64,000 nt of DNA, from assembly GCA_963844965.1 (NCBI GenBank), contig CAWJQC010000007.1:1-64000 (forward strand), read 5' to 3'. The notes under the pieces are model-generated. The model saw only the letters and a program-made list of their open reading frames with translations. It did not search any database and was not told the DNA's origin. This document shows, in pieces, positions 38,743 to 48,129 of the stretch (positions are counted from its first letter, which is position 1; each line of letters starts with the position of its first letter). A program made the position numbers and the translations under genes. The stretch is from an uncultured bacterium. GTDB taxonomy: Bacteria; Patescibacteriota; Minisyncoccia; UBA6257; 2-01-FULL-56-20.

Positions 38743-40419
38743 TTATTCTTTACCTTGCCACGCACGTAGGGTCTTCGCCGCGAGTCCAGGCACCTTGAAA
38801 TCTTCCGGCTTGGTGTCTTTGAAGAATTTATTCGCCATAAAGACGCGGATCATGTTTTCCCTGTCTTTGCTCGCGCGTCCGCTGATTTCCGCCTTATGGA
38901 AGAACTCGCGGAGAACCACGTTTCCGAGCGGATCTTTGAAGCCGCCGGCCTTCCACGCCTTCATAATTTCAATCTGGTCCTTCAAGGTGATGACGAGTTC
39001 TCGAAACGCAAGGCGGTCGCTCTTTGACAAGCTTTCTTCCGCGCCCTCCCGCACCGAGAGCGTGAAATCTTCCTGAATTTTGCGGCAGGCGGCGGCAAAG
39101 CGCTTCAGCTCATCAACTTTTTGCCCTGCTTCCGCTTCGCTCCATTGAATGTTGCCGTGGCGGTCGGCGAGAACGGCGGTCAAAATCTGCAACGTTTCCG
39201 GAGCGATATACTGCCCTTCTTTATTTTTCTTGCCGAGGTCCAAGTAATGTATTTCCCGCGCCCCTGCGCCTCCGATGAAGCGGCGAAGGGTCGCGACGTC
39301 CAGCTCATAGCGCTGCTTATATCGTTCTGATTTCAAGTTTGCCGTTGCCATAATCGGCGCGCGGATCGGAATTTCTTCCCCGGTCACCGGATGCTTCCAT
39401 GCGTCGCCGACGCGTTTCTGAAGAAGATCGTGCAAGATCCCCGCGAATTCGTGGGGCATAAGGTTGACTTCGTCCAAGATCACCGGGCGTCCTTCTTTTT
39501 GCGCCTTTACGAATTCGGAATAGTCAAAAACCGTCTCGCCCCCTTTGAGCCCTCGGCTCCCTATGATTTGTGATTCTTTGATTTGTTCTTGAATGGGGAT
39601 TAGGGCTGGGTCTCTCCTTAAGTATCTTTCGGAAATATATTTTGCAAGCTGCGACTTTCCGGAACCGGTTTCGCCCTGGAAAAGAACCGGCGCACCCTGC
39701 ATCAAATCCGGAAGTATGGCTCGGATCAATTCCGTACGCGATTCCGTTTCGGCGAAGCTGTAACGTTCGAGGTCGCGCTGCATGCGTCTGATTCCTCGCC
39801 GCTCCAACATATCAATCGTTTCGGGGTCCAATTCAAACTTCTGTAATCTTTCTTGAAGCTCAATCTTCCGAGCCGCCATGTTCGCCAATTTCTTGCGTTC
39901 AATCGGACCGGGCGCTCGCCCCACTTTCTCGAAAAGCATCTGGAGCTTTTCTTCGGCAGAAGTTATTGCGCCAAGTTCTTTCTCCGCATGTTCGTATTCT
40001 AACGCTTTTGCGAGCGTCTGTTTTTGTCTTTCAAATTTTTCTTTGTAAGCACGCAGCACTTCTGGATTGCTTGCTAATTCTTTTATACGAGCGTCGTATT
40101 CGTGAAGCGTGGTTTCCTGAAATTCCGCTAATTCTGGATCGAGCGAAAGAGCCTCAAGATGTGCGGCCATTTCTTTTTCGCCTTTGGCTTTGAGATCGGC
40201 GAGTTCCGTTTTGCTTTTCACGCCCCAGGCCTCATTCACATGTTTTGCGACCTCCGCGCGAGAAGCCGAAAACTCGGCGAGTTCGCTGACTCGCGATTCT
40301 AATTCTTCAGGCGACAGGGTTTTTTCTTTTTTCCCGGATTTTTGCGCGCCCTCCTTCTCAAGAACGATTTCGGGGGTAGTTTTTACCTCGGGAACATGTG
40401 GTATTTTTTCTGGGGACAT
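38743..40419 (-). CDS. MoxR-like AAA+ ATPase with a long N-terminal coiled-coil region
   Basis: Walker A GETGSGKSQLA, Walker B VILDEVN and a sensor region. It sits immediately upstream of DGR target 2 on the same strand. Confidence 0.75.
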   Translation of the reverse strand: MSPEKIPHVPEVKTTPEIVLEKEGAQKSGKKEKTLSPEELESRVSELAEFSASRAEVAKHVNEAWGVKSKTELADLKAKGEKEMAAHLEALSLDPELAEFQETTLHEYDARIKELASNPEVLRAYKEKFERQKQTLAKALEYEHAEKELGAITSAEEKLQMLFEKVGRAPGPIERKKLANMAARKIELQERLQKFELDPETIDMLERRGIRRMQRDLERYSFAETESRTELIRAILPDLMQGAPVLFQGETGSGKSQLAKYISERYLRRDPALIPIQEQIKESQIIGSRGLKGGETVFDYSEFVKAQKEGRPVILDEVNLMPHEFAGILHDLLQKRVGDAWKHPVTGEEIPIRAPIMATANLKSERYKQRYELDVATLRRFIGGAGAREIHYLDLGKKNKEGQYIAPETLQILTAVLADRHGNIQWSEAEAGQKVDELKRFAAACRKIQEDFTLSVREGAEESLSKSDRLAFRELVITLKDQIEIMKAWKAGGFKDPLGNVVLREFFHKAEISGRASKDRENMIRVFMANKFFKDTKPEDFKVPGLAAKTLRAWQGKE

Positions 40420-40684
40420 ATTATTGCAATTATAGTAGCAAGGCCTTTATTTCTCAAGACTTTCGATTGTTTCCATGATACCATAATAATATAACTGCGT
40501 CAAGTCGCGCGTTTTCGTTCCCGAACGACCCCTGCTCTATCCTCAAAAACCTTGTCAGGGTCTAACTACGAAGGCCCCTTCGCAAGTCCTCTGATCTAAG
40601 TTAGGGTGGATGCAAAGGTCGAAAAATCGTATAATCTCATTAACAACTGAATAACCTCAAAGGCAGAGCCGTAACCCTCGCGAA

Positions 40685-40807
40685 AAATCGTGCGGCATGG
40701 CTCGAAATCCGTCCTCGGTAGAAAGCTCCTAGTCAGAGCACCGGGGACGGTCATATCTCGAAAGGGGTGTGGGTCCCGCAAGGGATCGCTGGCTGGGAGC
40801 TTTTTAT
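40685..40807 (+). ncRNA. unclassified structured RNA-like element, copy B (paralog of 30545-30670)
   Basis: Same hairpin architecture as copy A with covarying stems. Ends GGGAGCTTTTTATTT, which looks like a terminator. Confidence 0.4.
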
Positions 40808-40860
40808 TTCGGTCGATCTCTCGCTGGCACATTAGTAAATAATTAACAAAAAATAAAAAT

Positions 40861-41421
40861 ATGGAAGAGCAAACAAAGAAATGCAGGGAGTGCAAGTCGG
40901 ACATTCCGGCTGGCGCCAAGCGATGTCCCAGCTGCCGAGCGGATCAAAGGAACTGGTTGATGCGCCATAAAGCCTTAACTGTCGTGGTGATATTTATAGC
41001 GCTCATTATCATAGCCATGGTTGCTGGTAGTAATAGCAATAACCCTAAACAGGTCGGCAATAACAGCCAGCCAGTCCCATCATCCCAAGAGCAGACGTTC
41101 AAGGTCGGCGATCACGTCCAGATGGGAAGCGATATCATAACGGTGAACAGCGCGGAGTTTTCGAGCGGTACAGAATTCGCAAAGCCAGCCGCTGGGAACA
41201 CCTGGTTAGACGTCAATCTGACGATACAAAACACGGACAACGCCCAGCAGTATATAACGACCATGGGACAGATGTTTGTTAAGGATTCCGACGGCAACAG
41301 TTACAACGTTTCGCCCACGGACAAAGAATTACAAAATCCATCGCTTGGCATGGACGGCCCGATTCTTGCCAACAGCAAAAAGACCGCTTGGGTAGGGTTT
41401 GTAAAGGATAGGTTTCTTTAG
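40861..41421 (+). CDS. zinc-ribbon/TM/DUF4352-like protein; its last 6 codons lie inside an IS3 terminus
   Basis: N-terminal CxxC...CxxC, one TM, then a beta-rich extracellular domain. The C-terminal ..VKDRFL* is encoded by the IS3 end TGTAAAGGATAGGTTTCTTTAG. Confidence 0.55.
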   Translation: MEEQTKKCRECKSDIPAGAKRCPSCRADQRNWLMRHKALTVVVIFIALIIIAMVAGSNSNNPKQVGNNSQPVPSSQEQTFKVGDHVQMGSDIITVNSAEFSSGTEFAKPAAGNTWLDVNLTIQNTDNAQQYITTMGQMFVKDSDGNSYNVSPTDKELQNPSLGMDGPILANSKKTAWVGFVKDRFL

Positions 41422-41456
41422 ACAGTGATTCGACGGCTTTTTGCCGTTTTTTTTCG

Positions 41457-42239
41457 TTAAGCCGCAATCTTCTCGGCAAACACGGACGGCGGCATCTTGA
41501 GGGCGGAGTGGATCCGCGTGTGGTTGTACTGCCACAAGGTGCTGTAGATCTCCGCCACGAGCTCGCCGAAGGTCCCGAACCGGTTGGGATCACCGAGGTC
41601 AATCTTGAACTTGTCATAGAACGATTCCTGGTAGCCGTTTTCCCATGGGGCACCGGGCCGCGACCGCGAGATCGTGATGCCACAGTCCCCCAGTGTATCG
41701 GTGAACGCTCGTGCCTTGTACTCGCTGCCGTTGTCCGAATGGAAGATGACCGGATGCGGATGGTGGAAAAGCGCGTTGGCCAGGGTCTGTATCGTGAGGG
41801 GCGATCCTTTCCGCAACGCCACATGGACGCCCATCAATCGTCTCGTGAAAAGATCGAGTATCGTGGACACGTACACTTTCTTGCCGCGATACAGGAACTC
41901 CGTGAAATCGGTTGCCCAGACGTGGTTCGCGTACGAGGGCATGATGGCAAGTAAGAGGTTCGGAAAGGCCCGCGATGCCTTTGATTTCCGGTATTTCCTG
42001 CCTCGCCTCCGGTACGGCCTTATGCCGAAGATTCGCATGACGCGCTGCGCTCGCGGACGGCTCACGCCCAGAGCTTGTCCCAAGCGCCGGGAACCGTATG
42101 CCGGATGGCGCTGCAATTCTTCTTCCATGCGGATCTTGAGCGCCCAATCTTTCTTGTCCTGCCGTGATACGTAGTAGAGCGATGCCCGCGAGACGCCCAT
42201 GGCCCGCGCCATGGCGGACTTGTTCCGCTTTTCCGTCAA
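41457..42239 (-). CDS. IS3 transposase OrfB (DDE integrase core)
   Basis: HSDNGSEY and PWENGYQESF motifs. 260 aa. Confidence 0.9.
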   Translation of the reverse strand: MTEKRNKSAMARAMGVSRASLYYVSRQDKKDWALKIRMEEELQRHPAYGSRRLGQALGVSRPRAQRVMRIFGIRPYRRRGRKYRKSKASRAFPNLLLAIMPSYANHVWATDFTEFLYRGKKVYVSTILDLFTRRLMGVHVALRKGSPLTIQTLANALFHHPHPVIFHSDNGSEYKARAFTDTLGDCGITISRSRPGAPWENGYQESFYDKFKIDLGDPNRFGTFGELVAEIYSTLWQYNHTRIHSALKMPPSVFAEKIAA

Positions 42240-42499
42240 TTCTTTTTTTGGGCCTGGGAGAGCTTCACGGTGAGCTCGCCCACCACTTCAAACAGCTCCC
42301 TGTTCTGCTTCTGGAGACGGCTGAACTCGCCCCAGGAAGGGACGCCCGATGCTCCTGCGCCTAGCCAATTGTAGATGGTGGACTCGTGCAAACCGTGGTC
42401 CTTCGCAGCCTGCGCTACGGGGACTCCTTCTTCCTTCACCCGGCGGAGGATGTCCGCCTTCACTTCCTTCGCAATCCGATGCCCTTTTTTGTTGCTCAT
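42236..42499 (-). CDS. IS3 transposase OrfA (HTH)
   Basis: 87 aa. Overlaps orfB at AAAAAAAG, the -1 frameshift site. Confidence 0.9.
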   Translation of the reverse strand: MSNKKGHRIAKEVKADILRRVKEEGVPVAQAAKDHGLHESTIYNWLGAGASGVPSWGEFSRLQKQNRELFEVVGELTVKLSQAQKKN

Positions 42500-42531
42500 G
42501 ACACAATGGTAGTTTGTTTCGACCTTTGTGT

Positions 42532-43794
42532 CTAAATTATCCTATCCGGGTCAATGGTTAAGTCGCAGAATGCCGGTTCCAATTCGACCGTATAGACCCG
42601 GCGCTTAAGTTGTTCACCTGCAATCAGCGTGCTGCCGCTGCCGCAAAAGCTGTCCAAGATAATGTCTCCCGGACGGCTGCACCTGCGGATCGCTTTTTCA
42701 TGGAGCGCTGGCGGCTTGGACGTAGCGTGCTGATATTCGTTGCCCGCGAGTCGCTTCACGAGCCAGATGTCAAGCAAATCCAGGATGTCGTCAATGAGCC
42801 TGTTGCCCGTGGAGAGTTCCTTGTTCTGGATCTCGTTGAGCGACTGGAGGCCCTTCGCGAGATACGGCTTGCCGCGGACGCCGTAGACGGCGGGTTCATA
42901 GCACTTCGAGAAAGCGACCTCGGGAGTGGGGTTCTGGCCGTTTTTAATCCAGAGGCAGACGCGCTTGTTTTCAAGGCCGAGTTCCGCGTAGAGTGTCTGC
43001 AGGAGCCAGATATAACGCTGGTCGCACCAATAAAAGACATGCATATCGTCTTTCGCGACGGCGAGGGCGTTTACGAGGCTCTTCCGGAGAAACTCTTTGT
43101 ACTCGTCGTCAGTCCGCGTGTCGTTGACGCTACCGCCGTAGTTGGCATGTCCGCCGACGCCCTTCGCATAATCCACGCCGCCCTTCAGGTTATAGACCGG
43201 ATCGGAATAAATGACGGATGCCTTCTCGCCGCCAAAAAGCTTTTTGAGGACGGCGGGGTCTGTTGAATCGCCGCAAGCTAATTTATGAGGGCCTAGCGAG
43301 AATATGTCGCCGAGCTTTGTTTTCGGTTTTTTGATCTTGGCGAGCTCGCGTTCGACATTGAACTCATCGTCCTGAACTTCCGCGATGTCGTCCCAGAGGT
43401 GCGACAGCTCTTCGTCTTTAAATCCGATTTCAAGCAATAGCTCGGTGTCGAAGGTGCGTAATAGCTCGTATGACCAGTCTCCGCGCACGGCATTTGAGGT
43501 GAGCAAGTATTGCTCAAACTCGTGTTTCGTCAATTTCCGGTTCGGCACGCGCACTTCTATTTCTTCGCTCCCTCGGCCAAGGAGCTGAAGGGCCTTCAAC
43601 CTTTGATGACCAGCTATGATCGTGCCGTCCGTGTCGATCGCGGGAAGTTCTACGACGTTGAATTTCGTCAGGCTCTTCTTAAGGGCCTCGAGCTGAGCCT
43701 CGCCGATGGTGCGGGGATTTTTGGAAAACGGGACGAGTGAGTTAATCGCTCTCTTCTCCGTGTGCCAGATTAGCGATATGTGTTTTCTAGCCAT
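42532..43794 (-). CDS. ParB-like nuclease domain fused to an N6/N4 DNA methyltransferase
   Basis: N-terminal ParB/Srx-like (..AGHQRLKAL..), then DPVYNLKG (DPPY-like) and FCGSGSTLIAGEQL. The last ~7 codons (..DPDRII*) are encoded by the IS3 terminus. Confidence 0.8.
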   Translation of the reverse strand: MARKHISLIWHTEKRAINSLVPFSKNPRTIGEAQLEALKKSLTKFNVVELPAIDTDGTIIAGHQRLKALQLLGRGSEEIEVRVPNRKLTKHEFEQYLLTSNAVRGDWSYELLRTFDTELLLEIGFKDEELSHLWDDIAEVQDDEFNVERELAKIKKPKTKLGDIFSLGPHKLACGDSTDPAVLKKLFGGEKASVIYSDPVYNLKGGVDYAKGVGGHANYGGSVNDTRTDDEYKEFLRKSLVNALAVAKDDMHVFYWCDQRYIWLLQTLYAELGLENKRVCLWIKNGQNPTPEVAFSKCYEPAVYGVRGKPYLAKGLQSLNEIQNKELSTGNRLIDDILDLLDIWLVKRLAGNEYQHATSKPPALHEKAIRRCSRPGDIILDSFCGSGSTLIAGEQLKRRVYTVELEPAFCDLTIDPDRII

Positions 43795-44054
43795 TGTTGA
43801 TAATTTTTAATTTGTTCGACGACATAACGACTGCATTCCCACCCGACCGATTTTTCCTCTGACCATTCACGAAGGGTTGACAACGTGACATCAGTCGAGA
43901 TCGCAAACGCTTTTATCTGCTCCGGCGTCGCGTCGCGTACGGCGGCCCGCCAGTGGATGAATGCCGAGCGTCGCGCCAGTTCGTCGTATTTTCCGCGCCG
44001 GATGACGATCGGTTCCCGTGCCGTCGGCACTTTTTCGGGGCTTAGATATTGCAT
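43770..44054 (-). CDS. hypothetical protein
   Basis: 94-aa ORF in the IS-flanked cargo. Confidence 0.35.
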   Translation of the reverse strand: MQYLSPEKVPTAREPIVIRRGKYDELARRSAFIHWRAAVRDATPEQIKAFAISTDVTLSTLREWSEEKSVGWECSRYVVEQIKNYQQWLENTYR

Positions 44055-44168
44055 ATAAATGTAAATTTATTTTTCGACTCTTTGCCTCATGAAAAATTTG
44101 AGGCATGACCGTTCGGTCATACCTCTATCGAAGCACAAGCTCCTGTGGATATTCGGGAAAAAAGTAGA

Positions 44169-45098
44169 CTACTCTTTCCCGAAGCGCTTATCCCTCAATT
44201 CCTGCAGCAACCGGGCCGCCTCGGCGATTCGCTTGCCATCAGGCTTCCCTTTGATAAGTTTTTGCTCTATGGCGGTCTTGGCGAGTTCGTCGAGGGTGGT
44301 GTGGTAATACGCGCCGCGCTCGTTATTCTCGGCGTGATCCCAATGGTCGCGGTCTCCCATGACCCACTGCTCAATGGTCAATTTGTTATCGATGTCTTTA
44401 ATGGGATTAAACTTAGCGAGGCGGCGCTTGCCCCAGTAGGTGAGATAGCGTTTAAGTTCCTCGAAGTCTTCGTCGGTAAGTTGAGCATATACGTTTACGG
44501 GCACATACCGCATATCTTTCGATCGCGCGCCCGGCGGCCATGCGCCACCCTGAAAACTGCTCATGGGGGCGTTAATACTCCCGTTCAAAATATATTGCTG
44601 AATAAACCAGCCGAAGTGTTCCGGCGCGTTGAATCGTGCCGCGATATAGCGTGGCATTTCATGGAGATAATAGCTTGGGTTTTTGAAGTTCAGCATCTTC
44701 CGGCGTAGTTTCGCAGCATCGAAATCTTTCTGCGCTTTTTCTCGGTCTTGTGCAGTGGCGTTTTTGTCTCGCGATAACTCATAACAGACCTTCCGGCACT
44801 TCTCGATTTCGGCGTTTGCGTCGCGCTCGCTTTTCTGGAATTCGAGGGAATCCAAGACTGCTTCGGAGCGTTCCAGAAGGCAGTCGCCCCATCCAACGTG
44901 TCGCTTGTCATTTTTATCAGTGGGGATATCGAGAAATTCCCGCGCTTCCGCGACGAACTCTTGGAACGGCTTGTGGGAAATGAGCAGCTTCATCATGTCG
45001 AGATTCTTCCTGTGGGATGGAAATTTGCCGTTCAGCCATCCCGTCGCCATTCTCTTGGCCGGAGACTTTTTCTTTGTTTTACGTTTCGCTTTGGGCAT
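44169..45098 (-). CDS. hypothetical protein (basic N-terminus)
   Basis: 309-aa ORF in the cargo with no recognisable motif. Confidence 0.45.
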   Translation of the reverse strand: MPKAKRKTKKKSPAKRMATGWLNGKFPSHRKNLDMMKLLISHKPFQEFVAEAREFLDIPTDKNDKRHVGWGDCLLERSEAVLDSLEFQKSERDANAEIEKCRKVCYELSRDKNATAQDREKAQKDFDAAKLRRKMLNFKNPSYYLHEMPRYIAARFNAPEHFGWFIQQYILNGSINAPMSSFQGGAWPPGARSKDMRYVPVNVYAQLTDEDFEELKRYLTYWGKRRLAKFNPIKDIDNKLTIEQWVMGDRDHWDHAENNERGAYYHTTLDELAKTAIEQKLIKGKPDGKRIAEAARLLQELRDKRFGKE

Positions 45099-45147
45099 TG
45101 TAAGCTAATGGTAATTCCCTAGTTTTGGAAAAGCAATTTACCTCATT

Positions 45148-45795
45148 ATGGATAAAGAAAAGCAAGAACAAGAAATTGAAGAGACTGCGTCGACAAATCA
45201 ATCCAAGAAGCCACGCAAATTAAAAGCGCGTTTACTGCGCCTTTATTACCTCGCCGTTTGGAACAGTACCCTCCGCAAAGATCGCTGCGTACAGTGGTTT
45301 CGGCGATATGCGCACGCCCTACGCGAAATTTTTATCTTAATAGTCACGATCGTTGCGGCTTGGTCTATCACGCAATTCATCGACATTTCTTCAATTTCGA
45401 CGAATAACTTGGCGAGTTGTTTTGTCGCGGTTGGTGCGATGATCGGTGGCGTCATAGCCATCGTGTTTTCGCTCTCGATTTTTGCCCAGCAAAGCAGCGC
45501 CGATCTTTATTCATCCCAGTATTTCGAGGTGTATGCCCACGATTGGAAAGAGAAGATGACGTATTCGTTAATTGTGCTCATAACGATTGCGTTCTTCGTC
45601 GGCGGAATCATTTTTTACGGCAACGCGAACTTGGCCACGGTCTATAAGTATGTCGGTGTGTATGCATCGCTGATCTTAATAGGAACCGTCTTCATTTTGG
45701 TCGATTGGCAGTACCGAAACGTAACGTCGAAGGCTAATCCCATTAAAGCGCTCAACTTTCTCGAAAGGCAATCTGACCCGGATAGGATAATTTAG
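45148..45795 (+). CDS. hypothetical membrane protein; its C-terminal ..DPDRII* is encoded by the IS3 terminus
   Basis: 215 aa with 4 TM helices. The stop lies 22 nt inside IS3 copy 3. Confidence 0.45.
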   Translation: MDKEKQEQEIEETASTNQSKKPRKLKARLLRLYYLAVWNSTLRKDRCVQWFRRYAHALREIFILIVTIVAAWSITQFIDISSISTNNLASCFVAVGAMIGGVIAIVFSLSIFAQQSSADLYSSQYFEVYAHDWKEKMTYSLIVLITIAFFVGGIIFYGNANLATVYKYVGVYASLILIGTVFILVDWQYRNVTSKANPIKALNFLERQSDPDRII

Positions 45796-45827
45796 ACACA
45801 AAGGTCGAAACAAACTACCATTGTGTC

Positions 45828-46091
45828 ATGAGCAACAAAAAAGGGCATCGGATTGCGAAGGAAGTGAAGGCGGACATCCTCCGCCGGGTGAAGGAAGAAG
45901 GAGTCCCCGTAGCGCAGGCTGCGAAGGACCACGGTTTGCACGAGTCCACCATCTACAATTGGCTAGGCGCAGGAGCATCGGGCGTCCCTTCCTGGGGCGA
46001 GTTCAGCCGTCTCCAGAAGCAGAACAGGGAGCTGTTTGAAGTGGTGGGCGAGCTCACCGTGAAGCTCTCCCAGGCCCAAAAAAAGAATTGA
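45828..46091 (+). CDS. IS3 transposase OrfA
   Basis: Identical to the orfA at 42236-42499. Confidence 0.9.
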   Translation: MSNKKGHRIAKEVKADILRRVKEEGVPVAQAAKDHGLHESTIYNWLGAGASGVPSWGEFSRLQKQNRELFEVVGELTVKLSQAQKKN

Positions 46092-46870
46092 CGGAAAAGC
46101 GGAACAAGTCCGCCATGGCGCGGGCCATGGGCGTCTCGCGGGCATCGCTCTACTACGTATCACGGCAGGACAAGAAAGATTGGGCGCTCAAGATCCGCAT
46201 GGAAGAAGAATTGCAGCGCCATCCGGCATACGGTTCCCGGCGCTTGGGACAAGCTCTGGGCGTGAGCCGTCCGCGAGCGCAGCGCGTCATGCGAATCTTC
46301 GGCATAAGGCCGTACCGGAGGCGAGGCAGGAAATACCGGAAATCAAAGGCATCGCGGGCCTTTCCGAACCTCTTACTTGCCATCATGCCCTCGTACGCGA
46401 ACCACGTCTGGGCAACCGATTTCACGGAGTTCCTGTATCGCGGCAAGAAAGTGTACGTGTCCACGATACTCGATCTTTTCACGAGACGATTGATGGGCGT
46501 CCATGTGGCGTTGCGGAAAGGATCGCCCCTCACGATACAGACCCTGGCCAACGCGCTTTTCCACCATCCGCATCCGGTCATCTTCCATTCGGACAACGGC
46601 AGCGAGTACAAGGCACGAGCGTTCACCGATACACTGGGGGACTGTGGCATCACGATCTCGCGGTCGCGGCCCGGTGCCCCATGGGAAAACGGCTACCAGG
46701 AATCGTTCTATGACAAGTTCAAGATTGACCTCGGTGATCCCAACCGGTTCGGGACCTTCGGCGAGCTCGTGGCGGAGATCTACAGCACCTTGTGGCAGTA
46801 CAACCACACGCGGATCCACTCCGCCCTCAAGATGCCGCCGTCCGTGTTTGCCGAGAAGATTGCGGCTTAA
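46088..46870 (+). CDS. IS3 transposase OrfB
   Basis: Identical to the orfB at 41457-42239. Confidence 0.9.
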   Translation: MTEKRNKSAMARAMGVSRASLYYVSRQDKKDWALKIRMEEELQRHPAYGSRRLGQALGVSRPRAQRVMRIFGIRPYRRRGRKYRKSKASRAFPNLLLAIMPSYANHVWATDFTEFLYRGKKVYVSTILDLFTRRLMGVHVALRKGSPLTIQTLANALFHHPHPVIFHSDNGSEYKARAFTDTLGDCGITISRSRPGAPWENGYQESFYDKFKIDLGDPNRFGTFGELVAEIYSTLWQYNHTRIHSALKMPPSVFAEKIAA

Positions 46871-46929
46871 CGAAAAAAAACGGCAAAAAGCCGTCGAATC
46901 ACTGTCTAAAGAAACCTATCCTTTACAGG

Positions 46930-47675
46930 GCACGGAATATGGCGAAGGCGGTCATCTTGTCATCCCGACGCTTTCATCGCGGCCGCACCATCATCCACGC
47001 GAACTCGACCGAGCGGTCATTGGCCGCATCCTTGCACTTCGCAGCGAACGGGACCAATGCGCGGAGATCGTCCATCACCGGCTAGAAGAGGAAAAGATTG
47101 CCGTTAGCCTTTCGTCCGTGAAGCGTACACTCAAACGCCACGGTATCACGCGATATTCAAAATGGAAGAAGTGGCACCAGTATCTTCCGCGTCCCATGCC
47201 CACAAAGCCAGGCATATTGGTTGAGATCGATTCAATGCAAGAAGGTATTGCCATGGACCACCTCCATGCGTACGCCTTGATCGACGTATGTTCCCGTTGG
47301 GCGTGGGCATGGCCAGCCGCCCAGGTCTCAAGCCGCTTAAGCGCACGGTTCGTCCAGCAAGCGCAAGCGGCAGCTCCGTTTCCTTTCGTCACAATCCAAT
47401 CCGACCGTGGCGGGGAGTTTTCAAAATGGTTTACCAAGGTCATCGAGCATCAGGGATTTTCACATCGCCACTCGCGCGTACGGACGCCAACAGATAACAG
47501 CCATGTGGAACGGTTCATCCAAACGCTTCAGCGGGACTGTTTACGACGTATCCCTAACACTCTTGCCGCGTGGCGCAAGGAGATTCCCGATTTTCTTCAC
47601 TACTACAATACCGAACGGCCGCACATGGGACTTGATATGAAAACGCCCGTCGAGTGGTTAGAAGCTATTGATTAG
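46930..47675 (+). CDS. IS481-like DDE transposase (integrase core); the N-terminus is apparently truncated by the adjacent IS3 insertion
   Basis: HTH-like LSSVKRTLKRHGI, then a DDE core (..IQSDRGGEF.., ..NTERPHMGL..). No start codon lies between the IS3 end (46927) and the HTH. The ORF track fuses it to an antisense IS3 frame (ORF 46503-47675). Confidence 0.6.
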
Positions 47676-47691
47676 AAAGCATCACCGCGGG

Positions 47692-48129
47692 CTAAAGCCC
47701 GCGGCTTGTGTTCGGCTCCTGTTCCCACTGGTTTCTGATATATTCTCTCATCGCTTTTTCGTTTTGACGGCCAACGGTTTCGGCAAAGTAACCATCCTGC
47801 CACAAGCTGTCTCCCCAGAGGAATTCTTCCAGCTCGGGAAATTCTTTTCTGACAGCCCTGGACGTACCGCCTTTGAGATAAAACACCGCTTTGGCAACCG
47901 TCAGGGTAGCAGGAATTTGAAGCAATAGATGGACATGGTCGGGCATTATCTGCGCTTCATGGATGAACCATTTATTCATCTTGGCGGCTTGAAAGAACAA
48001 TGTCTTGAGTCGCCCGACCATGTCCCCTCGCAGTATCGAGCGGCGGTACTTTGGGCAGAAAACAACGTGGTACAAACATCGCGTATAGCTGTGGTTGCTT
48101 GGCCAGAATCCAGAGGGCATTATCTTCAT
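47692..48129 (-). CDS. tnpA: IS200/IS605-family transposase TnpA (HUH Y1)
   Basis: YHVVFCPKYRR, HUH motif DHVHLLL and catalytic Y in ..GYFAETVG. 145 aa. Confidence 0.85.
   Translation of the reverse strand: MKIMPSGFWPSNHSYTRCLYHVVFCPKYRRSILRGDMVGRLKTLFFQAAKMNKWFIHEAQIMPDHVHLLLQIPATLTVAKAVFYLKGGTSRAVRKEFPELEEFLWGDSLWQDGYFAETVGRQNEKAMREYIRNQWEQEPNTSRGL

Larger units (their letters stand above)
41399..42553 (-). mobile_element. IS3-family insertion sequence, copy 2 (1155 bp, intact)
   Basis: Imperfect terminal inverted repeats, orfA and orfB with an A7G slippery site. Confidence 0.9.
45773..46927 (+). mobile_element. IS3-family insertion sequence, copy 3 (1155 bp, intact, inverted relative to copy 2)
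   Basis: Identical ORFs to copy 2 (orfA 45828-46091, orfB 46088-46870). Confidence 0.9.

Noticed and set aside
40440-40860. RNase P RNA, SRP RNA or a group II intron domain V at the structured element
   Set aside because: I could not match the P4 or SRP domain IV consensus or a clean DV hairpin (AGC triad with a 2-nt bulge). A paralogous copy exists at 30545-30670, so the element is left unclassified.
46503-47675. 390-aa ORF in the track taken as one gene
   Set aside because: Its first about 140 aa are an antisense or alternate-frame read-through of IS3 orfB. Only the part after 46927 is a genuine IS481-like transposase.
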